From a virus (Duplodnaviria > Caudoviricetes), in the IMG/VR virus record IMGVR_UViG_2654587547_000001, positions 23,156-87,155 of that record: a stretch of DNA of 64,000 nt; one strand, given 5' to 3'. Each line of letters opens with the position of its first letter. Positions within the stretch are counted from its first letter, which is position 1. The position numbers and the translations under genes were made by a program. Under the pieces are notes generated by a model that was given only the letters and a program-made list of their open reading frames with translations, ran no database searches and was not told the DNA's origin. Of this stretch, positions 19,236 to 28,296 are shown piece after piece.

Positions 19236-19270
19236 GCGGGTCTTGGAGCAATCCAAGGCCCGCTTTCTTT
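19236..19270 (+). terminator. Rho-independent terminator after the tRNA fragment
   Basis: GCGGGTCTTGGA-GCAA-TCCAAGGCCCGC then TTTCTTT. Confidence 0.85.
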
Positions 19271-19326
19271 TCCGCAATCGGGTTAAATTTCCGCAAATCC
19301 ATTTTTTGATTTTGGGGGCATCCAGA

Positions 19327-20076
19327 GTGAATCGTGAGTATTTCAGACGAGATATTTTTGATCGAAGCTTCCCCAAGTGGCCATGTCCACACTGTCGCAG
19401 GGGTGAATTGCACCCGATTGCCGAACCGGGCTACGACAGGCCTACTGCTGAGACATTGCGATATGTGCACGATCCAGATCGTGAAGCGGGATGGGTGAGG
19501 CGGCGCTTTTTTCTCCAGTTCAGTTGCCCCTCATGTCCAGAAGGAATGCTTCTGGTTGGTGAGGCGACGGATGATGCTTATCACTATTTTGATGAGAACA
19601 CAGGCGAGGAGGAGCACGGACACTTTGAGGTGGTCTACCCCAAGTACCTTTACCCGGCAGTGAGCTTAATAAACGTACCTGATGCTGCGCCGGCGACGAT
19701 CCGGCAAGCACTTGATGAGGCGGCCGAATTGTTTTGGGTGTCTGGCCAGGCAACGGTGAATGCACTTCGCAAGGCCGTCGAGTGCCTAATGACGGACCAA
19801 GGAATTCCTGGTTTTGGCGCCGACAAAAAATTTGTGCCTCTGCACGATCGAATTGTTGAGTTTTCGAAAGCTCACCCGGACTTCAAGAACTTGCTAACGG
19901 CGGTAAAACTGCTTGGGAATGCAGGAAGTCACGAGGACGTTCCGGATGATCTCGACGGTATGTTGTTCGACGCGCTCGAAATCGTTGAGTTTGTGTTGGT
20001 GAATCTTTATGACAAGCCCATTCTAAAAATGGATGCACTCGCGCAGCGTATCGAGGCACGCTTGAAGCCTCATTGA
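19327..20076 (+). CDS. DUF4145 (HEPN-like) protein with N-terminal Zn ribbon
   Basis: CPHC and CPSC pairs; LRKAVE...L.DRI...KLLGNAGSH; lower GC. GTG 19327 preferred because the 19234 start runs through the terminator. Confidence 0.75.
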   Translation: MNREYFRRDIFDRSFPKWPCPHCRRGELHPIAEPGYDRPTAETLRYVHDPDREAGWVRRRFFLQFSCPSCPEGMLLVGEATDDAYHYFDENTGEEEHGHFEVVYPKYLYPAVSLINVPDAAPATIRQALDEAAELFWVSGQATVNALRKAVECLMTDQGIPGFGADKKFVPLHDRIVEFSKAHPDFKNLLTAVKLLGNAGSHEDVPDDLDGMLFDALEIVEFVLVNLYDKPILKMDALAQRIEARLKPH

Positions 20077-20084
20077 ACATGAGG

Positions 20085-21173
20085 TCATCGTGTGGGTCCC
20101 GCCTTGTCGCCTTTGCGGTGCCGTACATATCGCTCGGTGGTTGATACCGAGCCGTGGCCGAGCTGTTTTTGGGCCTGGCGAATGTCGCCGGCCGATTCGG
20201 TTTTGTCTGTGCCGGCCTTGGCGCGCAGGTCGCGGAACTGGAATTCGGCCTTGGGGACGCCGGCTATTTCCCTGGCCTTGTCGAACCGGTCGCGCAGCGC
20301 ACCTGCGGTCAGCGGCAAGCCGGATTCGTTCATCACCAGGTACAGGCTGACCACCTTGTTCTCAGCGCGGTAGAGCGTCTTTCTTGCCTTGATCCGGTCG
20401 ATCACCTGGGCGAGCTCTCCCGTAATCTCGATCCGTAGTTTCTGGTCTGTCTTGCCCTGGCGCACGTGCAAGAAGCCGTCGCGCATGTCGGTCTCCAGAA
20501 AGCGCAGGGTGTCAGCCGGCCGCTGGCCCGCCAGATAGGCAAGGTCCATGGCGTCCCGTAGCGGCTCGTCAGCGGCCTTCCAGACCTGAGCATAGGTGTT
20601 GTCCTCGACGTAGGTGTCGCGCCCGCGCTCCTTGTTCTTTCGCACGCCTTGAGCCGGGTTTGGTGCGTCGGTCAGACCGATCTCGCGGGCATAGTTGAAA
20701 ATGGCGCTGAACAGCGCGATTTCACGGTTGGCGCGCACGTGGCCGGCATCCGGCGGCACAGGCCGGCCCTTCTCGCGGAACCAGTCCGCCGCTTTCCCCA
20801 TGCGCCAGCGGATGTATCGGGTGACGTGGACAGGCTTGATCAACTCCAGCACCACCGGCGGCTTGTCGAAGATCTCGCACAGGAATTCGAGTTCGATCTG
20901 GTTCCCGTCCTGCGTGCGCGGAGCCTTCGTCGGCACAATGTCGGCGAAGTACCGGTTGGCCGCCTGCCGGAAGGTGACTTGACTGGCGGCGCCCACCGAC
21001 TGCTGCGTCAGTTGCCCCCAGCGGCGCATGGCCTCGACGAAGTCAGACCCCAACGGCTCTTCCTTGCGGGGCTTCCCGCCCAGATCAAAGTAGTAGTAGG
21101 TCTTGGCGCCGCGGTGGCGCGCGCGCATGCCTGGCGGCAGGCGATTGCGGGTAGGCTTGCGCCCCATGCTCAT
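20085..21173 (-). CDS. int: Tyrosine integrase
   Basis: GQRPAD (R), QGKT (K), FRDLRAK, LGH and TERY motifs; near att core. Confidence 0.95.
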   Translation of the reverse strand: MSMGRKPTRNRLPPGMRARHRGAKTYYYFDLGGKPRKEEPLGSDFVEAMRRWGQLTQQSVGAASQVTFRQAANRYFADIVPTKAPRTQDGNQIELEFLCEIFDKPPVVLELIKPVHVTRYIRWRMGKAADWFREKGRPVPPDAGHVRANREIALFSAIFNYAREIGLTDAPNPAQGVRKNKERGRDTYVEDNTYAQVWKAADEPLRDAMDLAYLAGQRPADTLRFLETDMRDGFLHVRQGKTDQKLRIEITGELAQVIDRIKARKTLYRAENKVVSLYLVMNESGLPLTAGALRDRFDKAREIAGVPKAEFQFRDLRAKAGTDKTESAGDIRQAQKQLGHGSVSTTERYVRHRKGDKAGPTR

Positions 21174-21421
21174 GCCCTCCAGGCGTCAGGCGTCCATTCG
21201 GTATTGGCCGGCTCGGCGGCGCGCGGGCGCTGCCCTTCCACGGCGCTGCGCGCGACTATAGCCCGACCCGCGCGGTTGACGTGCGCCGGGTAGCCGTGGG
21301 CCAGCAACCATTCCACCTGCAAGACGGGATAGGGCTTGCCTTTGGTACCGCGGCGGATGCCCGTCATGTCCGCGACCTCGGTTGGGCTTAGGAATGTGTC
21401 CGACGTTTCACGCTCGGTCAT
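21170..21421 (-). CDS. Excisionase-like protein (DUF4224-like)
   Basis: FLSPTEVADMTG...Q.EWL...G......NRAGR.IV; overlaps int start. Confidence 0.75.
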   Translation of the reverse strand: MTERETSDTFLSPTEVADMTGIRRGTKGKPYPVLQVEWLLAHGYPAHVNRAGRAIVARSAVEGQRPRAAEPANTEWTPDAWRA

Positions 21422-21648
21422 CGCGATACCTCATCAGGTTGAACTTGCAGGACGCGCGCGGCGACCGCGTTGCGGATGGCGGGCATGTCGCTGAGCGCCC
21501 AATAGACGCCCAGCAGCGTGCGCTGGACAGGTTGGATACCCAGCGCCAGCAGCGAGTCCACGGACGGCTTCAGACCCAGCCGCTCGCCGACTTCGGTGGT
21601 GGTCAGCACGGGCATGCCGCGCTGGATCTCTACTTTCTCGCGTCGCAT
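21418..21648 (-). CDS. Hypothetical small DNA-binding protein
   Basis: GGAG RBS; LTTTEVGERLGL HTH-like segment; coupled to downstream gene. Confidence 0.55.
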   Translation of the reverse strand: MRREKVEIQRGMPVLTTTEVGERLGLKPSVDSLLALGIQPVQRTLLGVYWALSDMPAIRNAVAARVLQVQPDEVSR

Positions 21649-21701
21649 CAGTGCTCCTTCGGCGCCGCGGCCGGTGCCTGGTGTTGGGCTGCGTGTGCCA
21701 T

Positions 21702-22217
21702 TTATTGCTCCTTGGTGTCGGTGATGGCGGGCTTCATGAAGGTCAGCCAGTGGGTTCGGTTCAGGCGCCCGACGCGGTGCCCAAATAGGGGCTTGTGGTC
21801 GGTGCAGGCCAGAATCTCGCGCAGCGGGATCTGTGTTTCGTTCCATTTGAAAACCAGCACCCCGAGAGGGCGCAGGACGCGGAAGCATTCCGCCAAGCCC
21901 TGGCGCATGTCATCCTGCCAGTCGGCGCCCAGCTTTCCGTACTTCGCCGCCATCCAGCTACGGGGGCCTGCGCGCACAAGGTGCGGGGGATCGAACGCCA
22001 CCAGGGCAAAGGATTCATCAGGAAATGGCAGCGCGCGGAAGTCCATCTGTGCGTCAGGATGCACATGCACCACGCGGGTGCCGTCATCGCGGTGAGTGCG
22101 GTCAGTTACCGTGATGGTTTCGTCGCGCAGGTCGCCGAACAAAACTCGCTGGTCTGTCGGGTCGAACCACATCATGCGGCCACCGCAGCAGGGATCAAGA
22201 ATCGTCGCTTCACTCAC
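21702..22217 (-). CDS. Class I SAM-dependent (amino-DNA) methyltransferase
   Basis: ILDPCCGGRM motif I, FDPPH catalytic motif, ECFRVL..G.LVFKW. Confidence 0.85.
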   Translation of the reverse strand: MSEATILDPCCGGRMMWFDPTDQRVLFGDLRDETITVTDRTHRDDGTRVVHVHPDAQMDFRALPFPDESFALVAFDPPHLVRAGPRSWMAAKYGKLGADWQDDMRQGLAECFRVLRPLGVLVFKWNETQIPLREILACTDHKPLFGHRVGRLNRTHWLTFMKPAITDTKEQ

Positions 22218-22830
22218 GTCCGCCTCCGTCCGTGCGGGGGTGCTGGGGATTGCCCGCCTGCATGGCACGTTCGCGCTTGCGCTCGGCCTCGATAAGGCTC
22301 TGCGCGGCCTCGCGGATATCGCCCGCCACGCTGCCTGCCCACCAGCGGACCATGCACGACAGCACATCGTTGTCGTACTGCGTCGGCGAGTAGACCCGGC
22401 GCCAATCCACCGCGTGCGCGACCGTCTGATGCAGACGCGGTACGCCACCGGGGGTCAGCATCGCTTCCGTCAGGATGATTCCGCTGTTGACGCCGTAGTT
22501 CCGCAGGTTCGCGATAGCCCATGCCGCCACGAACGCCTCTTCGCGGCGCAAGTAGCCTTCGTACTTGGCCAGTCGTTCAGCGACATACGTAAAGGACTGG
22601 CCTGCGTTGCAACCCATCCAGACCATGAACGACGCTGCCACGCGCGCACCGCGCTGGTCTAAAGGCTCGCACAAGTCGCCGAATACCTCGCGCAGTGCGT
22701 TCCGGTTTGCGCCCAGGTACTCGCGCCACAGGTCGAGGTAAATCCGTTCACCGTGGAAGCCGGCGCGCGGCAGGTTGACGGGTATGTGCCGCAGCTCACG
22801 CCGGCCGGCTACAGGTGTCGGTTCACGCAT
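22210..22830 (-). CDS. Hypothetical phage protein
   Basis: 206 aa, overlaps both neighbours in early operon. Confidence 0.65.
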   Translation of the reverse strand: MREPTPVAGRRELRHIPVNLPRAGFHGERIYLDLWREYLGANRNALREVFGDLCEPLDQRGARVAASFMVWMGCNAGQSFTYVAERLAKYEGYLRREEAFVAAWAIANLRNYGVNSGIILTEAMLTPGGVPRLHQTVAHAVDWRRVYSPTQYDNDVLSCMVRWWAGSVAGDIREAAQSLIEAERKRERAMQAGNPQHPRTDGGGRE

Positions 22831-24424
22831 CGCTCTCTCCTTTCTCGCCCGTCTGTGTAGCTGTCAAGGATTGCTTGACTACTGAATGCTGGTCAGCGGT
22901 TCCCCACTTCGCGCGGGTAGCGTTGAAACAGTCGGGCGCGCGTCGATTCGGGTGGTTGGGGTCTTTCGACCCGCAGCACAGCCAGTACTTCTGCTGGCCA
23001 TCCCCCGCACCCTTCGCGCAATCCCCGCCGTCCAGAACATCGGCCATGGCTCGACCGCCGAAGCTGCGAGCGATGGCGGCAGCCTCCTTGCATTGCGCTT
23101 CGGTCGGGCCGCCGACCTTGTCAGCCTGGGTTTTGAGGGCGCGTTCGAGTTCGTCGTATGCCTGACGGATACGGGCTACTTCGTCCATGACCGGCGACCG
23201 ATAGATCAGTTCCTGGTCATCTGACTTTCGCGTGTCCGGCCCATCAGCCCTAGCGATGTCGGCAAGTGCCTTGATAACCTTCGATCCGCAAGTCTTGATT
23301 GCCTGGCGCGTAGCGTCCGCCTCGCTGGCCTGGGGCGCGGCACAGGCGCGTGGGTGTAGACGGTCGTATTCCGTCTTAGCTGCTGCGAACGCGGCTTCTC
23401 GATTCGGCCATTCTTTGTTGAACGCCTCACCGCACGCCTTGAACGTGCTGACAGGGGCGTAGCCATTGCCGTCCGTCAGGTACTGGTCTGCGAAGTCGCC
23501 AAAGGCGTCATTGGCGTCGTCGGTATGCGCCTCCCCGGATACAGGGGCGCTTGCCAGCCGTGCTTTCAGTCGCTCCACGGCGTCCATCTGCGCAATGGCG
23601 GCATCGCCGGGGACGCCTGCCATGTTCAGGGCCATGTCCAGATCGTCGTCGCCCGTATTCCAGGTTTCCCGCTCGTCGGCTACAGGGGCGCTTGCCGGCA
23701 GTCGCCGAATGCCAAGCTCCCATTCTTCCAATTCCTCATCCAGGACATTTATGTGCCGCTTAACGTCTTCCACGGAAGTCGCGTAGACCTCGTGACCCAT
23801 GCCGTCGTCACCCGGGACAACTTCCAGCAGGATCGACGTAACAGACTGCTCCCCGACTACAGGGGCGCTTGCCAGGGCGGCGAGTTCTGCTGCAATTCGG
23901 GTTTCCACATTGCGGCGAGCAATCGAACGAACGGACAGCAAGGTGCTGGACACCATGCTTTCGCCGTATTCGCTGACGTGTTCCAGAATTCGTTCCAAGG
24001 GCGAACCCTCGGCGTCCGCAGACTTGCGCCAAAGCTGCGCAGCCAGGAATGGGTCCTTCGCCAGTTGTTCAACCGAAACCCCTTGAGGGTTGCAGGCGCT
24101 GCACGGAATCGACTCCGGGTATCCAGTGGTGTGGCTGGTGTACCAGCCGGGTCCGCCGCATCGCTTGCACCGCTCATCGGCCACCGGCTCGCCCGCCTGC
24201 ACGCCCTCCGCGCGCAGCTTGGACAGCGCATTGACTACGGCGTTGACCATGTTTTTGCGAATATCGAAGGCGACAGACACCGGAGAGGCTACCGGCTCGC
24301 GGCCTTCACGGGCGGCTATGCGGGTCATCGTGTCGTAACACTCTGCGTAGATTTCTAGAGCGCGGCGCACCGCTTCGATTTCGTCATCCGTCAGCCCAGG
24401 CTGGGCGGCGTTGTTCTCAGTCAT
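22823..24424 (-). CDS. Modular early protein with repeated ASAPV linkers and a Zn-finger module
   Basis: ATG at 24424 overlaps upstream stop; CKRCGGPG...CSAC; three exact 16-bp repeats. Confidence 0.75.
   Translation of the reverse strand: MTENNAAQPGLTDDEIEAVRRALEIYAECYDTMTRIAAREGREPVASPVSVAFDIRKNMVNAVVNALSKLRAEGVQAGEPVADERCKRCGGPGWYTSHTTGYPESIPCSACNPQGVSVEQLAKDPFLAAQLWRKSADAEGSPLERILEHVSEYGESMVSSTLLSVRSIARRNVETRIAAELAALASAPVVGEQSVTSILLEVVPGDDGMGHEVYATSVEDVKRHINVLDEELEEWELGIRRLPASAPVADERETWNTGDDDLDMALNMAGVPGDAAIAQMDAVERLKARLASAPVSGEAHTDDANDAFGDFADQYLTDGNGYAPVSTFKACGEAFNKEWPNREAAFAAAKTEYDRLHPRACAAPQASEADATRQAIKTCGSKVIKALADIARADGPDTRKSDDQELIYRSPVMDEVARIRQAYDELERALKTQADKVGGPTEAQCKEAAAIARSFGGRAMADVLDGGDCAKGAGDGQQKYWLCCGSKDPNHPNRRAPDCFNATRAKWGTADQHSVVKQSLTATQTGEKGESDA
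23540..23873. repeat. Three exact 16-bp direct repeats TACAGGGGCGCTTGCC
   Basis: At 23540, 23681 and 23858 (spacings 141 and 177 bp, both multiples of 3); encode ASAPV on minus strand. Confidence 0.92.
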
Positions 24425-25179
24425 GCGGTGTACTCCAGTTCGGCCGTCTCGCAGAAGAATGAGCAGGACGGCAGCAATTCGTTGCGGCGTGCGGGGCCAT
24501 CCGGCAGATCGCGTAAGGAATAGCGCTCGCCGGTCTTGCGGTTGCGGAACAGGTGGGAACCGGGGCCAATTTCGTCCTGCACCTGGCACAGCGTTTCGAA
24601 TTCGGCGGGGAAGTCCTGGCGGATCGCGCGGAAGTAGCCCTCGCCGCCTTTCACGCATCCGATGCAATTCGCGTTGTCGTAGCCCAGGCGGTACATGTAA
24701 GGCAGTTCGATGCCGGCCCGTTCGATCATGGCCTTGCAGTCGTCTTTGCTAAGGCCGCGCTCGATGAGGGGAGCAAGGACCGGGCGGTCCGGATTGCGCT
24801 CGCGGAAGTCGTCGAGACGGTCGGATTCTTCAGCCGTGTAGCCGAACACCATCACATCGCCGGGGAGTGCGAACGTATCCAGCAGCCGGCGCTTCAATTC
24901 GCGCGAGCAGGGAGCGCCGTGCGGGCCTTTCATGAACTGCTTTCGCCGAAATACTTGGATGATGTCCGCCCCGTACTTCAGATCGCGTAGGATGGTAACT
25001 TCGCGCCCGAACCAGGCTTTGCAATCACTCAGAAAACGGCTGTTGTCCGCATGCTCGTTCACCAGGAAGGCGTTGATGATGTGCACTTCATGAGTGTCGC
25101 CGTACTGGGCCAGCGCCAGCTTGGTGGCGACGGCGGAAGCAGCACCGCAGGAAAACTGGCAGACGATGCGTTCCATCAC
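24421..25179 (-). CDS. PAPS-reductase-family (PP-loop) protein
   Basis: FSCGAASA PP-loop, CSRELK, NANCIGCVKGG and C-terminal CSFFC. Confidence 0.8.
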   Translation of the reverse strand: MMERIVCQFSCGAASAVATKLALAQYGDTHEVHIINAFLVNEHADNSRFLSDCKAWFGREVTILRDLKYGADIIQVFRRKQFMKGPHGAPCSRELKRRLLDTFALPGDVMVFGYTAEESDRLDDFRERNPDRPVLAPLIERGLSKDDCKAMIERAGIELPYMYRLGYDNANCIGCVKGGEGYFRAIRQDFPAEFETLCQVQDEIGPGSHLFRNRKTGERYSLRDLPDGPARRNELLPSCSFFCETAELEYTA

Positions 25180-26303
25180 GCCTCCTTCCGCTGGGACTGC
25201 TGGGCAATGGCGGCGGCTTCTGCTGCGGATCGGATATGGTCCATGTACGCCCAGGCGACAACGCGGCTAGGGTCCATTCCTGAACGCCATGCCCCATTGA
25301 ATCGAGCGGCTTCCAGTGCTTCCTTGTCAGAGCTAGGGAGAACCAATTGGCTTGCTTCGATATTTCCCCGAGCAGTGATCACGGCGCACCACTTGGATGA
25401 CCACTGGCCCGCATAGCTGGGTGAGTATTCAACGAGATCCGGCAGACCCTCCGAAACCGGGGTGAACCTGATATTTAGAAGGCTGGCTGCATCCAGCGCA
25501 TCGCCAGCAGCGGGAGCGCTGACCTTGGCGGCAATGGCTTCTTCCAGCGACACCAGATCGCGGCGGAAATGAACCTGGTCATGGCCGTAGCCGAAGCGCG
25601 CGCACAGACTGCGGTGGAAATTCTTGTACTCGCCGTAGATCTGCAAATGCTGCATCCGCTCGCTCTGCAATGCTCTAGCGAGGTTCTTGGCAGCGTCTGC
25701 CGCGCTACCGGAGCCGTCGCAATGCGTGCAGTCGATGTCCACGTCATGGGCATCGGGGCTGTTGTCGCTCAGAACGCTTATGCGACCGCCGCCATCACAT
25801 TCCGGGCAGTAGGGCGACATGCCGGAGCGGTCCTGTTCCTCCCCCGTCGCTCCGGTGGGTATAGGGTGCGAGGTAGGGGCGGGACGTGCTGGCGGATATG
25901 CTTCGGCGGTCATGGCCTGCTCAAGAGCAGTGCGGAGGTTTTCGTTCCAGTCCTCACCGATGACGCGCTCTTGCGGTTTCTCCATGAAGTGAGCCACGAT
26001 TTCAATGCCGATGTTGTAATCACCAGCGTCACCATTCGACGACGACAGGAAGCGCACATCCCAACAACCGTCTTGGATGGCTTCCAGCAATTTGCTATCG
26101 CGCTTCCATTTTTCAATTTCCTTTTTGTCGAGAGATTCATCCGATGCCGATTCGGCAAGCATGCTCTGCCTAGCGCTGTACAGTGCGAGCCGGACGCTTT
26201 CAGCTTCATGGACGCCATTCAGCTTCCACAGCAGGGTTTCCAAGTCTCCAGACCGTATCAATTCATGGATCGAACTCGGGACTAGCTTCCATTCTGTGTT
26301 CAT
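25176..26303 (-). CDS. Modular early protein with DnaJ-like Zn finger
   Basis: CPECDGGG...CTHCDGSG; Pro/Ala linkers separate segments. Confidence 0.7.
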   Translation of the reverse strand: MNTEWKLVPSSIHELIRSGDLETLLWKLNGVHEAESVRLALYSARQSMLAESASDESLDKKEIEKWKRDSKLLEAIQDGCWDVRFLSSSNGDAGDYNIGIEIVAHFMEKPQERVIGEDWNENLRTALEQAMTAEAYPPARPAPTSHPIPTGATGEEQDRSGMSPYCPECDGGGRISVLSDNSPDAHDVDIDCTHCDGSGSAADAAKNLARALQSERMQHLQIYGEYKNFHRSLCARFGYGHDQVHFRRDLVSLEEAIAAKVSAPAAGDALDAASLLNIRFTPVSEGLPDLVEYSPSYAGQWSSKWCAVITARGNIEASQLVLPSSDKEALEAARFNGAWRSGMDPSRVVAWAYMDHIRSAAEAAAIAQQSQRKEA

Positions 26304-26307
26304 GCTC

Positions 26308-26463
26308 TCAGGCTCCGAAGAAGAAATTGCCTACGGCTCGCCATAGGGCGTAAAGGACCACGTACACGGCACTCAGGCCAGCAACAAAGCCCACAAGCCC
26401 CGCACGGATTAGCAGGCGCTCAACGAAGTCATATTCAGGTTCGGGTACGTCGCTGCTATCCAT
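26308..26463 (-). CDS. Small membrane protein (51 aa, not in ORF track)
   Basis: GGAG RBS; MDSSDVPEPEYDFVERLLIRAGLVGFVAGLSAVYVVLYALWRAVGNFFFGA. Confidence 0.55.
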   Translation of the reverse strand: MDSSDVPEPEYDFVERLLIRAGLVGFVAGLSAVYVVLYALWRAVGNFFFGA

Positions 26464-26535
26464 TTCGGATGCTCCAGGCAATAGAAGGGCAGCCCCGGAC
26501 AGACGGCGGGGTACGGGGCTGCGGGGGTAGGGGAG

Positions 26536-27285
26536 TTACGCGGCCAAGCGCTGGAAGGTCATGCGGCGGTGTGCTTCGCGGGCCTTGTGAACGTCGTCAG
26601 CGCAGTACGCGATCAGTTCGGCAATGCGTCCGGCTTTCCAGTAGTCGTAGACCTGGCTGCCGTCGATCTCGCCCTTACCGGGGAGGCCCAGGGCGGTGCA
26701 GAGGTTGTCCAGCGAGATACGGTTGCCGTGTCCGGCCCATTGGGTCATGGTGTCGAAAACAGAATCGTCCCAGGGACGAGCGCAGAAGGGGATAGCCAGC
26801 GGCGGCTGCACGCCCGTGATGACTGCACGCTGGTATATGAACCGAAGGTCAAAGCCGGTGACGTTGTGGCCGATGAACACCGGGCGGCGGTTCGGGTCGA
26901 TGCCCTGGCGGATCATGTCGAACGCGACGGACAGCGTTTCCGCCTCGGTCGACGCATGCGCAACCACCGGGTCTGCGTCATCAAATGCGAGGCCGATCAT
27001 CAGGACTTGGCCAGATGCACCGTTCAGCGCCGTTTTGCGCCATTCCTGCTCAGCAAGTTCCGGCCCCTTCGATTCTTTGAAGTTGTTCACCCATTGAGCA
27101 ATCATGGCGTCTTTGCTGGTGAACTTGATCTGATCCTTGTCCGTCAGGCCCAGGTCAGCCGCTGCTTGCTCCTTCGTCAGCGTGGACGGCGCCTTGAAGT
27201 TCTCCTTGGCGTCGTCAATGAAAGCTTGCAGCGCGCCTTCACGCATGTCCGGCAAGGTTTCGATATCGAGGTAGACGTGGGTCAT
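26536..27285 (-). CDS. 3'-5' exonuclease (DEDD, RNase H fold)
   Basis: LDIET, GHNVTGFD, YCADDV motifs. Confidence 0.85.
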   Translation of the reverse strand: MTHVYLDIETLPDMREGALQAFIDDAKENFKAPSTLTKEQAAADLGLTDKDQIKFTSKDAMIAQWVNNFKESKGPELAEQEWRKTALNGASGQVLMIGLAFDDADPVVAHASTEAETLSVAFDMIRQGIDPNRRPVFIGHNVTGFDLRFIYQRAVITGVQPPLAIPFCARPWDDSVFDTMTQWAGHGNRISLDNLCTALGLPGKGEIDGSQVYDYWKAGRIAELIAYCADDVHKAREAHRRMTFQRLAA

Positions 27286-27608
27286 TGGCTGTCCTTCGAT
27301 CCAAGCATCTGCATTTGATCCGCGATGATCTCGGTGACGTATCGCTTGGTACCGTCCTTCTCGTATTCACGAGTTTGCATGTGGCCCTGGATGAACACCT
27401 GCTTCCCTTTCTTCAGGTACTCACCGCAAATTTCGGCAAGCTTGCCAAAGGCGGTGACGCGGACCCATTCCGTCCCTTCCTTGCTGCTGGTCTTCCAGCC
27501 GCAGGCAAGCGAGAAGTTGGCGACGGCGGCCCCCTCAGGGGAATACCGCATTTCCACATCCTTGCCGAGACGGCCGATAAATTGGCATTGGTTCAGGTCG
27601 TTGCTCAT
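27282..27608 (-). CDS. ssb: Single-stranded DNA-binding protein
   Basis: IGRLGKD.E.RY...TEW.RV..FGKLAEI..EYLKKG. Confidence 0.92.
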   Translation of the reverse strand: MSNDLNQCQFIGRLGKDVEMRYSPEGAAVANFSLACGWKTSSKEGTEWVRVTAFGKLAEICGEYLKKGKQVFIQGHMQTREYEKDGTKRYVTEIIADQMQMLGSKDSQ

Positions 27609-28222
27609 TACGCTGCCTTCTTGAGTTCGCTCATGCGCTGGTTGAAATGGGCCGTGGCTGCGCGCTTTTGGTCGGCAGTCAGGCCGTTCATGATCTTTAC
27701 GAGGTCCGGTACAGACGCCGCCGCATTCATCTGCGCGGTGACTTCAGCGTCCATTTCGGCGGGTGCCGCTGGGCTGTCGTCATTCGCGGATGCGACTTGG
27801 TGGGTATGCCCGTCCGCGTCGTTGTCGCCCTCGGTGGGGATGCAGAACGCTTGGAACGCGGCGTACTTGTAGGCGGCTGACATTGCCTTGTTGGTGGCCT
27901 TGTCGCCGCTGTCCATCGCCTCGCCAAACGTCTTGACCGTGTGCTTGCTGCCGTCTGCGGTAGACACGAAGTCGAATTCGGCCTCTACCGTGATGTAGAA
28001 CAGCGCACCACCTTGCTTGCTGACGCGCTCCACCGACTCCCGGGAAAGCACACGCGGCAGGATGCACAGCCCCTTGTCGGCCAACAGCGGCGCCAGGGCG
28101 TTGTAGATGTCGTCAATGCCCCGGAAGTTGTACCCGGAGCCCTGCGTGTTCCTGCGGTCCTTGCTGATGCCGATCTTGGCGAGTTCCGCCTGCACGGCAT
28201 TGATTGCCTTGTAGACTTCCAT
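27608..28222 (-). CDS. erf: ERF-family single-strand annealing protein
   Basis: YNFRGIDD, GEAMDSGDKATNKAMSAAYKYA, DNDAD. Confidence 0.9.
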   Translation of the reverse strand: MEVYKAINAVQAELAKIGISKDRRNTQGSGYNFRGIDDIYNALAPLLADKGLCILPRVLSRESVERVSKQGGALFYITVEAEFDFVSTADGSKHTVKTFGEAMDSGDKATNKAMSAAYKYAAFQAFCIPTEGDNDADGHTHQVASANDDSPAAPAEMDAEVTAQMNAAASVPDLVKIMNGLTADQKRAATAHFNQRMSELKKAA

Positions 28223-28296
28223 GGTCTTGCTCCTGATGTTCGAGTTCTTGCTGGTAGGCCATCGCGGCGGATTCGTCGTCGTGGCTCATGGCGTCC

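Noticed and set aside
19234-19326. Longer N-terminus for the DUF4145 gene
   Set aside because: It would start inside the tRNA terminator hairpin with no RBS
23540-23873. CRISPR-like array
   Set aside because: Repeats are only 16 bp, spacers are 125 and 161 bp, all lie in frame inside a CDS, and there are no cas genes
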